From NCBI GenBank assembly GCA_003221005.1, contig QHTZ01000106.1:1-18502 (forward strand): DNA of 18,502 bases. The letters are read 5' to 3'. The position numbers were made by a program, and so were the translations under genes. This document shows, one piece after another, positions 1-8,267 of the stretch; within the stretch, counting starts at the first letter, position 1, and every line of letters starts with the position of its first letter. Under the pieces are notes generated by a model. The model was not told the origin of the DNA. It made no database searches and worked only from the letters and a program-made list of their open reading frames with translations. The stretch is from Gemmatimonadota bacterium (lineage in GTDB: Bacteria > Gemmatimonadota > Gemmatimonadetes > Gemmatimonadales > GWC2-71-9).

Positions 1-1620
1 GGAGAGCCGGTGGGCGATGATCAGCGTGCTGCGGCCCTTGAGCAGCCGCTCGAGCGCTTCCTCGATCAGCCGCTCGCTCTCGGCATCGAGGCTCGAAGTG
101 GCTTCGTCGAGGATCAGCACGGCGGGGTCCTTGAGGAGGGCGCGCGCGATCGCCACCCGCTGGCGCTGGCCTCCGGAGAGCTTGATGCCGCGCTGGCCGA
201 CGAGCGTCGCGTAGCCCCGCGGCAGCCGGTCGATGAACTCGTCCGCGTGCGCCGCGTGGGCGGCGGCGACGATCTCCGCTTCATTCGCAGTCGGCCGCCC
301 GTAGCCGATGTTCTCCGCCACCGTGCCGCTGAACAGCGTCGGCTCCTGCGGCACGATGCCCACCGCCCGGCGCAGGTCCGCGAGCCGCACACTCCGGATG
401 TCGATCCCGTCGAGCGTGATCCGGCCCCCGGTGACGTCCCAGAACCGCGGCACCAGGTTGCCAAGGGTGGTCTTGCCGGCGCCCGAGGGCCCGACCAGCG
501 CGACCACTTCGCCGGGGGCGATCTGGAACGACACGTCGTCCACGGCGAGCGGTAGCTCGGACTGGTAGCGGAAGGAGACGTGGTCCAGCACCACGCTCCC
601 GCGCACCGGTGTCGCCAGGGGACGTGCCTCCGACGGGTCAGCTACGGTCGGCTTGGTCTGGAGCAGCTCGAACACTCGCCGCGCCGCCCCCGCAGTCTCC
701 TGATAGCTCGTGAACAGGCTCGTGAGGGCGGCGACCGCGGCGGCGATGAACACCGTGTAGAGAAGGAAGGACACGAGCGTCCCCGCCGTCACCACGCCCG
801 CGAGAACGAGCCGGCCGCCCTCCCACAGCACCGCTACCGTGCCGCCGAAGGTCGCAAACGTGATCACGGCGAAGAAGGCGCCGCGGATCACGGCGCGGCG
901 GATCGCGATCCGCACGACCTCGGCCATGCTCTTCCCGTAGCGCGCGGCCTCCCATGCTTCCTGCACGAAGCTCTGCACGATCCGGATCTCGCTGAACGCC
1001 TCCTCGGCCACCGCGGTCGCGTCGGCCACCTGGTCCTGCACCTTGGTGCTCGCGCGCCGTAGCAGCCGCCCGAAGAACATCGCGGAGCCCACGACGAAGG
1101 GCACCACGACGAGCGCCGTCGCCATCAGGTGGGGATTGGTGAGCGTCAGCAGCGTGATGCCCCCCACCAAGTAGAGCGACTGCCGCGCGAACTCGGAGAT
1201 CTGGAAGCTCACGAGCCCCTGGATCGTGCCGATATCGGCGGAGAGGCGGCTCACGAGCTCGCCGGTTCGCCGCTCGGCGAAGAACGCGGGCGAGAGCCGC
1301 ACCAGGTGCTCGAACAAATCCTGGCGCAGCCGCGCGACCACGCGCTCACCGGTGGCGGAGAGCAGATAGGTCTGCACGAAGTTCGAGAGCGCCTGGATGG
1401 TGAACAGTCCCGCGAGCAGCACGGCGATGCGGTCGAGCATCCCACGGTCGTGACGCACGAACGCCGCGTCGAGCAGGTGCCGTACGACCTGGGGAAACGC
1501 GAGGCCGATGGCGGCCGAGAGCGTGAGGCACGTGATCGCCGCCGCCAGGGCCCCGCGGTGCGGTCGGACGCGCGGCCACAGCCAGCCGAGCCCGCGCAGG
1601 GAAGGGAGGCGAAGCGCCAT
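1..1620 (-). CDS. ABC transporter, fused permease/ATP-binding half-transporter (MsbA-related/ABCB-like exporter); 3' end runs off the window
   Basis: Not in the ORF track because it has no stop in the window. Manual translation from the ATG at 1620 gives MALRLPSLRGLGWLWPRVRPHRG, then a TM domain (TGERVVARLRQDLFEHL, RRTGELVSRLSAD), Walker A GPSGAGKTT, Q-loop IVPQEP, signature LSGGQRQR, Walker B ILDEATS and H-loop IIAHRLS at the edge. Confidence 0.93.
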   Translation of the reverse strand, partial: MALRLPSLRGLGWLWPRVRPHRGALAAAITCLTLSAAIGLAFPQVVRHLLDAAFVRHDRGMLDRIAVLLAGLFTIQALSNFVQTYLLSATGERVVARLRQDLFEHLVRLSPAFFAERRTGELVSRLSADIGTIQGLVSFQISEFARQSLYLVGGITLLTLTNPHLMATALVVVPFVVGSAMFFGRLLRRASTKVQDQVADATAVAEEAFSEIRIVQSFVQEAWEAARYGKSMAEVVRIAIRRAVIRGAFFAVITFATFGGTVAVLWEGGRLVLAGVVTAGTLVSFLLYTVFIAAAVAALTSLFTSYQETAGAARRVFELLQTKPTVADPSEARPLATPVRGSVVLDHVSFRYQSELPLAVDDVSFQIAPGEVVALVGPSGAGKTTLGNLVPRFWDVTGGRITLDGIDIRSVRLADLRRAVGIVPQEPTLFSGTVAENIGYGRPTANEAEIVAAAHAAHADEFIDRLPRGYATLVGQRGIKLSGGQRQRVAIARALLKDPAVLILDEATSSLDAESERLIEEALERLLKGRSTLIIAHRLS

Positions 1621-2462
1621 TACAGCCCGACCAACACGAGGCCCGCCCACACGCCCGCCCCGACGGCGACGTGCGCCGCCTGGAGCGCGCCCGGCAGGGC
1701 GAGCAACACCATCGCCGCGGCGACACCGACCTGAAGCACGACGAGCGCCAGCAGGTAGCGCGGTCCACGCCGCCTATCGTTCACGGCCCAGACGAGCACG
1801 TAGACGGCAAGCGAGTAAGCGAGCAGCCGGTGCGTCCAGTGGATGTGCTGGAGCGGGTCGTCGGCTATGAGTTGGCCGCTGCAGAGCGGGAAGCCGAGGC
1901 ACGCGCTCGCGGCGCCCATGTTGGCCGTCAGCGCGCCGAGCAGCACGGTCACGAACCCCAGCGCCGCAGCTCCCCGCCCGGCCCGTGAGGGCGGGGCGAG
2001 GGGAGTCCCGCGCGCCGCGACGAGCAGCGTGCCGAGCAGCAGCATCGCGGTGCCCAAGTGGAGGATCACCGTCCAGGGCGGAAGCGCGAGCTTCACGGTG
2101 ATCGCGCCGAGGGCCACCTGCAGGACGAGCAGGCCGAGGGCGACGAGTGAAGCGGCGATCCTCACGCGTTCCCCCTCTCCCGACAGGAAGAGGGGGTCAG
2201 GGGGTGAGGCTTGCCGGTGCAAGGTCCACGCGTATCCGGCCAGCGCCACGACGAGCACCGTCACCGCCAGCGCGGCCAGCCGGTGGCCGTACTCGATCAT
2301 CGTGGGGAGGTCGAGCGGCGGGAGTAGCCGGCCGTTGCAGAGCGGCCAGTGCTCCCCGCATCCCAATCCCGAGCCGGTGATGCGCACGATCGCGCCAAAG
2401 ATGATGAGCAGGTAGGTGGCGACCGCGGCGGCCCAGGCGAGTCGGGTGAAGCGGCGCGTCAT
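1620..2462 (-). CDS. ctaA: Heme A synthase, COX15/CtaA family (280 aa)
   Basis: About 8 hydrophobic segments in two similar halves. Motifs GAIVRITGSGLGCGEHWPLC, IEYGHR, LHL, ACLGFPLC, IHWTHR and AAH give four conserved His and two Cys pairs, as in Bacillus-type CtaA. Its TAA overlaps the ABC gene ATG (TAATG). Confidence 0.9.
   Translation of the reverse strand: MTRRFTRLAWAAAVATYLLIIFGAIVRITGSGLGCGEHWPLCNGRLLPPLDLPTMIEYGHRLAALAVTVLVVALAGYAWTLHRQASPPDPLFLSGEGERVRIAASLVALGLLVLQVALGAITVKLALPPWTVILHLGTAMLLLGTLLVAARGTPLAPPSRAGRGAAALGFVTVLLGALTANMGAASACLGFPLCSGQLIADDPLQHIHWTHRLLAYSLAVYVLVWAVNDRRRGPRYLLALVVLQVGVAAAMVLLALPGALQAAHVAVGAGVWAGLVLVGL
2160..2209. repeat. Palindromic REP-like element lying in frame within ctaA
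   Basis: Core hairpin CCCCCTCTCCC-GACA-GGAAGAGGGGG at 2171-2196 (11 pairs, one G.U on the mRNA strand), inside an outer inverted pair CCTCAC (2160-2165) / GTGAGG (2204-2209). Confidence 0.7.
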
Positions 2463-2491
2463 AGGTGCCGAAATGTATATTCTCGCACCTT
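2463..2491. promoter_or_regulatory. Bidirectional promoter for ctaA (-) and the permease (+), with overlapping -10 hexamers
   Basis: AT-rich island in GC-rich DNA. TATATT (+, 2476-2481) and TACATT (-, 2477-2472) share the central TA, flanked by the inverted repeat AGGTGC/GCACCT. No SD on either side. Confidence 0.65.
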
Positions 2492-3838
2492 ATGACTGCA
2501 CCCGCGGATCGCTGGGGCGACCGCCTCCCGCGTCGGCTCGGGTTGTGGAGCGCGGTCGCGGTCCTCGTGGGCTCCACGATCGGCGGGGGCATCTTCCGCA
2601 CGCCGGCGATCATCGCGGCGCGTGTGCCGTCGCCCTGGCCGATGCTCGGCGTGTGGGTGCTCGGCGGCCTGTTGGCGCTGTGCGGGGCGCTCACCTACGC
2701 GGAGCTCGGCGCGCTGTTCCCGCGCTCGGGGGGCGTGTTCGTCTACATCCGCGAAGGCTTCGGCCGGCTCCCCGCGTTTCTGTTCGGGTGGACGGAGCTC
2801 ACGCTGATTCGCGCGTCGGCGCTGGGCGCGATCGCCACGCCCTTCGCCGAGTACCTGTTGCGGCTGCTAGGCTACGACCCGGCCCAGCCCGGCGTCGCGG
2901 ACGCGGTGCACTACGTCGCCGCCGGGGCGATCGCCGTCACCGCCACGCTCAATTACGTCGGCATCCGCTGGAGCGCGCTTGTCCTCAACGCCTCGACGGC
3001 CGCGAAGTACGGCGCGCTCGTCGTGCTCGTCCTGCTGGCGTTCGTTACCGCGCGCGGAAACTTCGCGCACTTCGCCGCCCCGGCGGGGACCCTGTCCGGC
3101 GGGCTCTTCGGCTTGTCGCTCGTGTCCGTGCTCTGGGCGTACGACGGCTGGGGCGACCTCTCGTTCGTGGGCGGGGAAGTGCGAGACCCCGAGCGCAACC
3201 TTCCGCGCGCGCTGATCCTCGGGACCGGCGCCATCATCCTCATCTACCTGCTGGTCAACGCCGCCTACCTGTACCTGTTGCCGATCGAACAGATGGCGCG
3301 ATCGCCGCTCGTCGCTGCCGACGCGGCGCAGCTCCTCGTGGGGCGCACGGGCGTGACGCTCGTGTCGCTGGTGGTGATGATCGCGACGTTCAGCACGCTG
3401 CTCGGCTCGATGCTCACCGCGCCGCGCATCTTCTTCGCGATGGCGGACGATGGGCTGTTCTTCCGCGCCGTGGCGCGCGTGCACCCACGGTTTCAGACGC
3501 CGTCGGTCGCGATCGTCCTCACCGCCTGCCTCGGCATCGCGTTCGTCCTGGCGCGGACGTTCGAGCAGCTGGCGGACCAGTTCGTCGTGGCGATCTTCCC
3601 GTTCTACGCCCTCGCCGCCGCCGCGGTGTTCGTATTGCGACGTCGCCGCCCCGACCTGCCACGCCCCGTGCGGGTGTGGGGCTATCCAGCGGTCCCGTTC
3701 CTCTTCGTCCTCGCCTCTCTCGTGATCCTCGGCAACGCGCTGCGCGAGCACCCGGGCGCCACGGGGCTCGCGTTCGGCGGCATCCTGTTGGGTGTGCCCG
3801 TCTACTTCCTCTGGAGTCGCATGCGGCCTCACCCGTGA
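2492..3838 (+). CDS. APC-superfamily amino acid permease (LAT/SteT-like, ~448 aa)
   Basis: About 12 TM segments with motifs VGSTIGGGIF, YAELGALFPRSGG, WAYDGW, EVRDPERNLPR and ARVHPRFQTP. ATG at 2492 is preferred over the track's GTG at 2465, which lies inside the promoter. Confidence 0.92.
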   Translation: MTAPADRWGDRLPRRLGLWSAVAVLVGSTIGGGIFRTPAIIAARVPSPWPMLGVWVLGGLLALCGALTYAELGALFPRSGGVFVYIREGFGRLPAFLFGWTELTLIRASALGAIATPFAEYLLRLLGYDPAQPGVADAVHYVAAGAIAVTATLNYVGIRWSALVLNASTAAKYGALVVLVLLAFVTARGNFAHFAAPAGTLSGGLFGLSLVSVLWAYDGWGDLSFVGGEVRDPERNLPRALILGTGAIILIYLLVNAAYLYLLPIEQMARSPLVAADAAQLLVGRTGVTLVSLVVMIATFSTLLGSMLTAPRIFFAMADDGLFFRAVARVHPRFQTPSVAIVLTACLGIAFVLARTFEQLADQFVVAIFPFYALAAAAVFVLRRRRPDLPRPVRVWGYPAVPFLFVLASLVILGNALREHPGATGLAFGGILLGVPVYFLWSRMRPHP

Positions 3839-3848
3839 CGGTTGCGCA

Positions 3849-3877
3849 TTGACGTTCGTAGTGGCGGCGGGCATTTT
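3849..3877 (+). promoter_or_regulatory. Possible sigma70-type promoter for the TonB-dependent receptor
   Basis: TTGACG (3849-3854), 17-bp spacer, weak -10 CATTTT (3872-3877). SD-like GGAG at 3915-3918 precedes the ATG at 3928. Confidence 0.35.
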
Positions 3878-3927
3878 TGACACGCCCTTGCCAGCCGTCG
3901 TTCGGCAGTGCTCCGGAGACCGTCACC

Positions 3928-6900
3928 ATGAAGCGATTCCTGTGGTTCTCGTGCGTGTGCGGCGCGATCGCGCTGCACCAGTCGGGGCGTGTTGCATGGG
4001 CGCAGGGCGTCACTTCCGCCGCGGTCGCGGGCCGGCTGAGCGACGAAGCCGGCGCCGCCGTCGCGAGCGCATCCGTGACGCTGGTGAACGGGTCCACCGG
4101 GCAGCGCTACTCGCGGCGGTCCGCGGAGGATGGGCGCTACAACTTCGAAAACGTCGAAGTGGGCGGGCCCTATACGCTCGAGGTGCGGGCGCTGGGCTTC
4201 GAGGCCGCGAAGAGCGCGCCGTTCCAGCTCGCGCTGGGGCAGCGCTCCGCGGTCCACCTCACGCTCAAGCGCGCCGCCGTCGAAGTGGCGGCCGTGACCA
4301 TCACGGCACAGGCCGATCCGTTGCTGTCGACCGGCCGCACCGGCGCGCAGACCTTGATCTCGGACTCCGCGCTGCGCCGGCTGCCGACCTTGAACCGCAG
4401 CTTCGACAACTTCCTCAGTGCGACGCCCCAGGTCGTGGGCCGCTCGTTCACGGGGCAGAACGACCGCTTCAACAACATTCAGATTGACGGCACCGTCAAC
4501 AACGACCTCTTCAACCTCGGCGCCAGCAACGGCAGTCCCGGTGGCGGCGTCAATGCTAGACCGCTCTCGCTCGAGGCCATCAAGGAATACCAGGTGCTGA
4601 TTGCGCCGTTCGACGTGCGCCAGGGCGGCTTCGTGGGCGGCCTCGTCAACGCCATCACCAAGTCCGGCACGAACGCGTTTCACGGCTCGGCATTCGGCTA
4701 CGGCCAGAATCAGAACTTCGTGGGGACCGACACGGCGGGCGTCTCGGTGCCCGTGTCGGACTATCAGCAACAGCAGTACGGGTTCACGGTCGGCGGCCCG
4801 ATTATCCGGGACCGGCTGCACTTCTTCGTGTCGGGCGACCTGCGGCACGACAATCGCCCGTTCGCGTCGAGCGTGCAGATCGGGCCCGATCCCAGCAACC
4901 CGGTCGATACGGCCGGTGTCGGCATCACTCAGGCCCGCGCGGACTCGGTCCGGACCATCCTGCAGGGCTTGCCGAACGGCTTCGACCCTGGAGATTGGCA
5001 CGCTCCGCAGATCAACAACCCGGAGACGAACCTGTTCGCCAAGCTCGACTACGAGCTGGGCACGAACAGCCACCTGGAGCTGTCGGGGACGTTCGTCAGT
5101 GCGAACCAGGACAAGCTGATTCACTCGTACCGCCTGGGGTACACGAGTCCTCCGACGTTTGCCAACGCGCGCGACGGATACGAGCTCTCGAACAGCGGGT
5201 ACGCCGTGCAGAATCACACGCGGACGGTGCGCGCCAACTGGACCACGGCGTTCGCCAACCGGTTTTCCAACGAGCTGATTGTGGGGCGCACCACGATCTC
5301 GGACGACCGGCCACCCGACGTTCCGCAACCGCTCATCCTCGTGTGGGGGAACTCCCCGTACGCGTACCTGGCGGCTGGTGCCGAGCGCTTCTCGCACGCG
5401 AACATCCTCGACCAGCGGGTGGTGGAGGCGACCGACAACCTCACATTCTCGCTGGGCCGGCACCTCTTCACCCTCGGCACGCACAACGAGTTCATCCACT
5501 TCCGCAACGTGTTCTTTCCGGCGTCGATCGGGATTTGGAGTTTCGCGAGCCCGGCGGCGCTTGCTCTCGGCACGCCCAACATGTACGCCCGCGCGCTTCC
5601 AGGCGTGCTGCGTCCCGACGGCCCCGTCGCGGACTTCGACGTCACGCAGATCGGCTTCTACGGTGAGGATCGCTTCTCACCACTTCCGAACCTCGATCTG
5701 ACCGTGGGTTTGCGAGCCGATGTGCCATCGTTGCCCGCGCCGGCATATAACGCGGTGATCGAAGACAGCCTGGGCGTGAACACCAGCTCGACGCCGAGCG
5801 GAAACGTCCTGTGGTCGCCGCGGCTGGGCTTCCACTACGATGTGGGCGGCAGGCAAGAGATCGTCTTCCGCGGCGGCGCGGGCGTCTTCAGCGGCCGGCC
5901 GCCGTATGTGTGGGTGTCCAATGCCTACGGCAACACCGGGCTTGAGCAGCAGACGCTGTTCTGTGACGGCGCAGCCTCGACGGCGAACAACAATTCGTCG
6001 TTTGACACGGTGCCGGCGTTCACGCTCGACCCGAATAACCAACCGCTGACGTGCGGCGGGACGAACCAGATCGGGCCCTCGTCCGCGGCGACCTCGATCG
6101 TGTTCTACGATCCCGACTTCAAGTTCCCGCAGTCCCTGAAGGTGGCGCTCGGCGTCGATCGCTCGTTGCCCTGGCACCTGTTCGCGACGGTAGACTTCGT
6201 CTTCACGAAGGCGATCAACCAGTACTATCTCCAGGACGTGAATCTGGTCGGCGTGCAGTCGACCTCCACAGGGGAAGGCGGCCGCGCAGGCACGGGCGGC
6301 CGGCCGCTGTACGGTACGATCAATGCGAGCAACGGCCGCTCGACGCCAACGCGCGCCACGTCAAAGGCGAACGACGTGGTTGAGAACCGCAACGTCAGCG
6401 AGGACCAATCCACGTCGCTGACGTTCCAGCTGCAGAAGCGGTTCAGCGACGGGATCGAGTTCAGCGCCGCGTACACCTACTCGCATGCGCTCGACGTGAT
6501 CTCGATGACGTCGGATATCACCGGATCCAACTTTTCGAACGCCGTGGTGGACGGCACGCTCGAGAACCGGAACCTCGCCCGGTCGCAGTTCGACCGGCCG
6601 CACAAGGTCACCGTGAGTGGCACGATCAACGCGCCGTTCGACACTCGATTTTCGCTCATTTACAACGGCGTTTCCGGCACACCGTTTACGTACATGGTGA
6701 GCGGCGACGCGAACGCCGACGGCGTGACGACGAACGACCCGGTCTACGTACCGCGCAGCGCCCTCGACATCTCGCTGCAAAATCCGCCGGATTGGCCGAC
6801 CCTGGACGCCTTCATCAATAACGAGCCCTGCCTCAACAACAACCGGGGCCGGATCCTGCCGCGCAACGGCTGCCGCAACGGGTGGCAGAACATCTTGAAC

Positions 6901-7176
6901 GCGCGGCTCAGCAAAGTGGTCCCGACCGTGCACGGGCAGTCGATCGAAGTCACGGCGGACATGCTCAATGTGCTGAACTTCATCAACTCGAGCTGGGGCC
7001 TGATTCGGCAGACCGGCATCTTCGAGAACAGCCCCAACCTGCTTCGTCTCGTGGGTTATGACACGACCAACAACCGGGGCAAGTACGCGCTCAGCATACC
7101 GGTCAAGGATCAGGTGCAGATCAACAGCATCGGGTCCCGCTGGGTGTTCCAGCTGGGGATGAGGTATACCTTCTAG
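3928..7176 (+). CDS. TonB-dependent receptor, Oar-like, with N-terminal carboxypeptidase-regulatory-like domain (~1082 aa)
   Basis: Signal peptide ending AWA|Q. N-domain GRYNFENVEVGGPYTLEV, plug motifs NNIQIDGTVNNDLF and FDVRQGGFVGGLVNAITKSGTN, barrel motif WSPRLGFHYD, and C-terminal beta-signal LGMRYTF. Confidence 0.93.
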   Translation: MKRFLWFSCVCGAIALHQSGRVAWAQGVTSAAVAGRLSDEAGAAVASASVTLVNGSTGQRYSRRSAEDGRYNFENVEVGGPYTLEVRALGFEAAKSAPFQLALGQRSAVHLTLKRAAVEVAAVTITAQADPLLSTGRTGAQTLISDSALRRLPTLNRSFDNFLSATPQVVGRSFTGQNDRFNNIQIDGTVNNDLFNLGASNGSPGGGVNARPLSLEAIKEYQVLIAPFDVRQGGFVGGLVNAITKSGTNAFHGSAFGYGQNQNFVGTDTAGVSVPVSDYQQQQYGFTVGGPIIRDRLHFFVSGDLRHDNRPFASSVQIGPDPSNPVDTAGVGITQARADSVRTILQGLPNGFDPGDWHAPQINNPETNLFAKLDYELGTNSHLELSGTFVSANQDKLIHSYRLGYTSPPTFANARDGYELSNSGYAVQNHTRTVRANWTTAFANRFSNELIVGRTTISDDRPPDVPQPLILVWGNSPYAYLAAGAERFSHANILDQRVVEATDNLTFSLGRHLFTLGTHNEFIHFRNVFFPASIGIWSFASPAALALGTPNMYARALPGVLRPDGPVADFDVTQIGFYGEDRFSPLPNLDLTVGLRADVPSLPAPAYNAVIEDSLGVNTSSTPSGNVLWSPRLGFHYDVGGRQEIVFRGGAGVFSGRPPYVWVSNAYGNTGLEQQTLFCDGAASTANNNSSFDTVPAFTLDPNNQPLTCGGTNQIGPSSAATSIVFYDPDFKFPQSLKVALGVDRSLPWHLFATVDFVFTKAINQYYLQDVNLVGVQSTSTGEGGRAGTGGRPLYGTINASNGRSTPTRATSKANDVVENRNVSEDQSTSLTFQLQKRFSDGIEFSAAYTYSHALDVISMTSDITGSNFSNAVVDGTLENRNLARSQFDRPHKVTVSGTINAPFDTRFSLIYNGVSGTPFTYMVSGDANADGVTTNDPVYVPRSALDISLQNPPDWPTLDAFINNEPCLNNNRGRILPRNGCRNGWQNILNARLSKVVPTVHGQSIEVTADMLNVLNFINSSWGLIRQTGIFENSPNLLRLVGYDTTNNRGKYALSIPVKDQVQINSIGSRWVFQLGMRYTF

Positions 7177-8267
7177 GTCTTCGTCTTTCGCAACAGCCAC
7201 GCCGCCGCGCCACCGAACAACAGGTTCGGCGTCCACGCGGCGAGCAGCGGCGGCAGCACGCCGCCGGCTCCGATCGCCTTGGTGAGCTGAACCAGCAGCA
7301 GGAAGACGAACGTCGTGCCGAGGCTCACCGCCACGCCCCAGGCGGTGCCGGTGCGTGGGCCCGAGATCGCGAGCGGCGCGCCGAACACCGCCACCACGAT
7401 GCAGGTGAACGGCACCGCGAGCTTGAGGGCGCGCTCCACCCGCAGCTTCTTCGTGTCCGAGCCGCTCCGGGCCAGCGCGTCGATGTAGCGCCCCAGCTCG
7501 AAGAAGCGCATCTCCTCGGGGGCCTTCGGCTCGGCGAGGAGATCGATGGGCCGCTCCCGCAGGTCGCGGATCCGCAACGAGTCGAAGGTGAACGCCGTCT
7601 CACCCGCGGCGCCCTGCAGGTAACGCACCGCGCCGCGCCGCAACGTCCACCCGCGCCCGACCCCCTTGGGCCGGTACGTCGCGCTCGACGCGGCGACCTC
7701 GATGGTGGGGTACTCGGGCCCGCTCCCCTCCCGCTCCATGATCACGTCCTGCATCTGCCCGGCTCCCGTGTCGAGCGAGCGGATCGCGTACACCCAGCCG
7801 CGGTCGGCGCGGTACACGAAGTTGTAGCGGAGGCTGGTGGTGTGGACCGGCCGCTCGCCGAGCAGCTCGCCTCGCCGCAACGTTCCGACGGGCGCCACGT
7901 CGCCGATGATGATGCCGAACAAGACCACGGCCGCGGCGGCGACGAATAGGGGACGCACCAAGCGGTGGAACGACATCCCCGACGCCTTCGCCGCAGTGAG
8001 CTCCGAGTGGCGTGCCAGGGGCCCGACGGTGAACACCGTGGCGAACAGCACCGCGGCCGGGAGGACGAGAAACATGATCTCGGGCAGGTAGTAGAGGTAC
8101 GACAGCGCCACGGCGCCGCGCGTCAACCCGCGGGCCAGATAGCTGCCGAGCTTGTCGGTGATGTCGATGATGATCACCACGAGCGGGAAGCCGAGCTCCG
8201 CGAGCAGCAGGATGCGGAGCCACTCGCGCAGCAGGTAACGGTCGAGCGTCTTCAGCGACGCGTCCAC
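7173..8267 (-). CDS. lptG: LPS export ABC transporter permease LptG (YjgP/YjgQ family)
   Basis: N-terminus KTLDRYLLREWL, motif LARHSELTAAKASGMSFHRL, periplasmic beta-rich region, and C-terminal LPPLLAAWTPNLLF. Start is uncertain (GTG 8276, GTG 8267 or CTG 8255); the track's extension to 8786 overlaps lptF. F versus G is assigned mainly from gene order. Confidence 0.85.
   Translation of the reverse strand: MDASLKTLDRYLLREWLRILLLAELGFPLVVIIIDITDKLGSYLARGLTRGAVALSYLYYLPEIMFLVLPAAVLFATVFTVGPLARHSELTAAKASGMSFHRLVRPLFVAAAAVVLFGIIIGDVAPVGTLRRGELLGERPVHTTSLRYNFVYRADRGWVYAIRSLDTGAGQMQDVIMEREGSGPEYPTIEVAASSATYRPKGVGRGWTLRRGAVRYLQGAAGETAFTFDSLRIRDLRERPIDLLAEPKAPEEMRFFELGRYIDALARSGSDTKKLRVERALKLAVPFTCIVVAVFGAPLAISGPRTGTAWGVAVSLGTTFVFLLLVQLTKAIGAGGVLPPLLAAWTPNLLFGGAAAWLLRKTKT

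Noticed and set aside
10-1734. Plus-strand ORFs 10-555, 580-1062 and 1129-1734
   Set aside because: Antisense shadows of the ABC transporter, which the track missed because it lacks a stop in the window.
3839-3927. Possible riboswitch (cobalamin/TPP) or Fur box before the TonB receptor, and a perfect TTGACA at 3877-3882
   Set aside because: The gap is only 89 bp with no recognisable aptamer or Fur consensus. TTGACA has no -10 at 16-18 bp, and the weak hairpin near 3862-3893 is unremarkable at this GC content.
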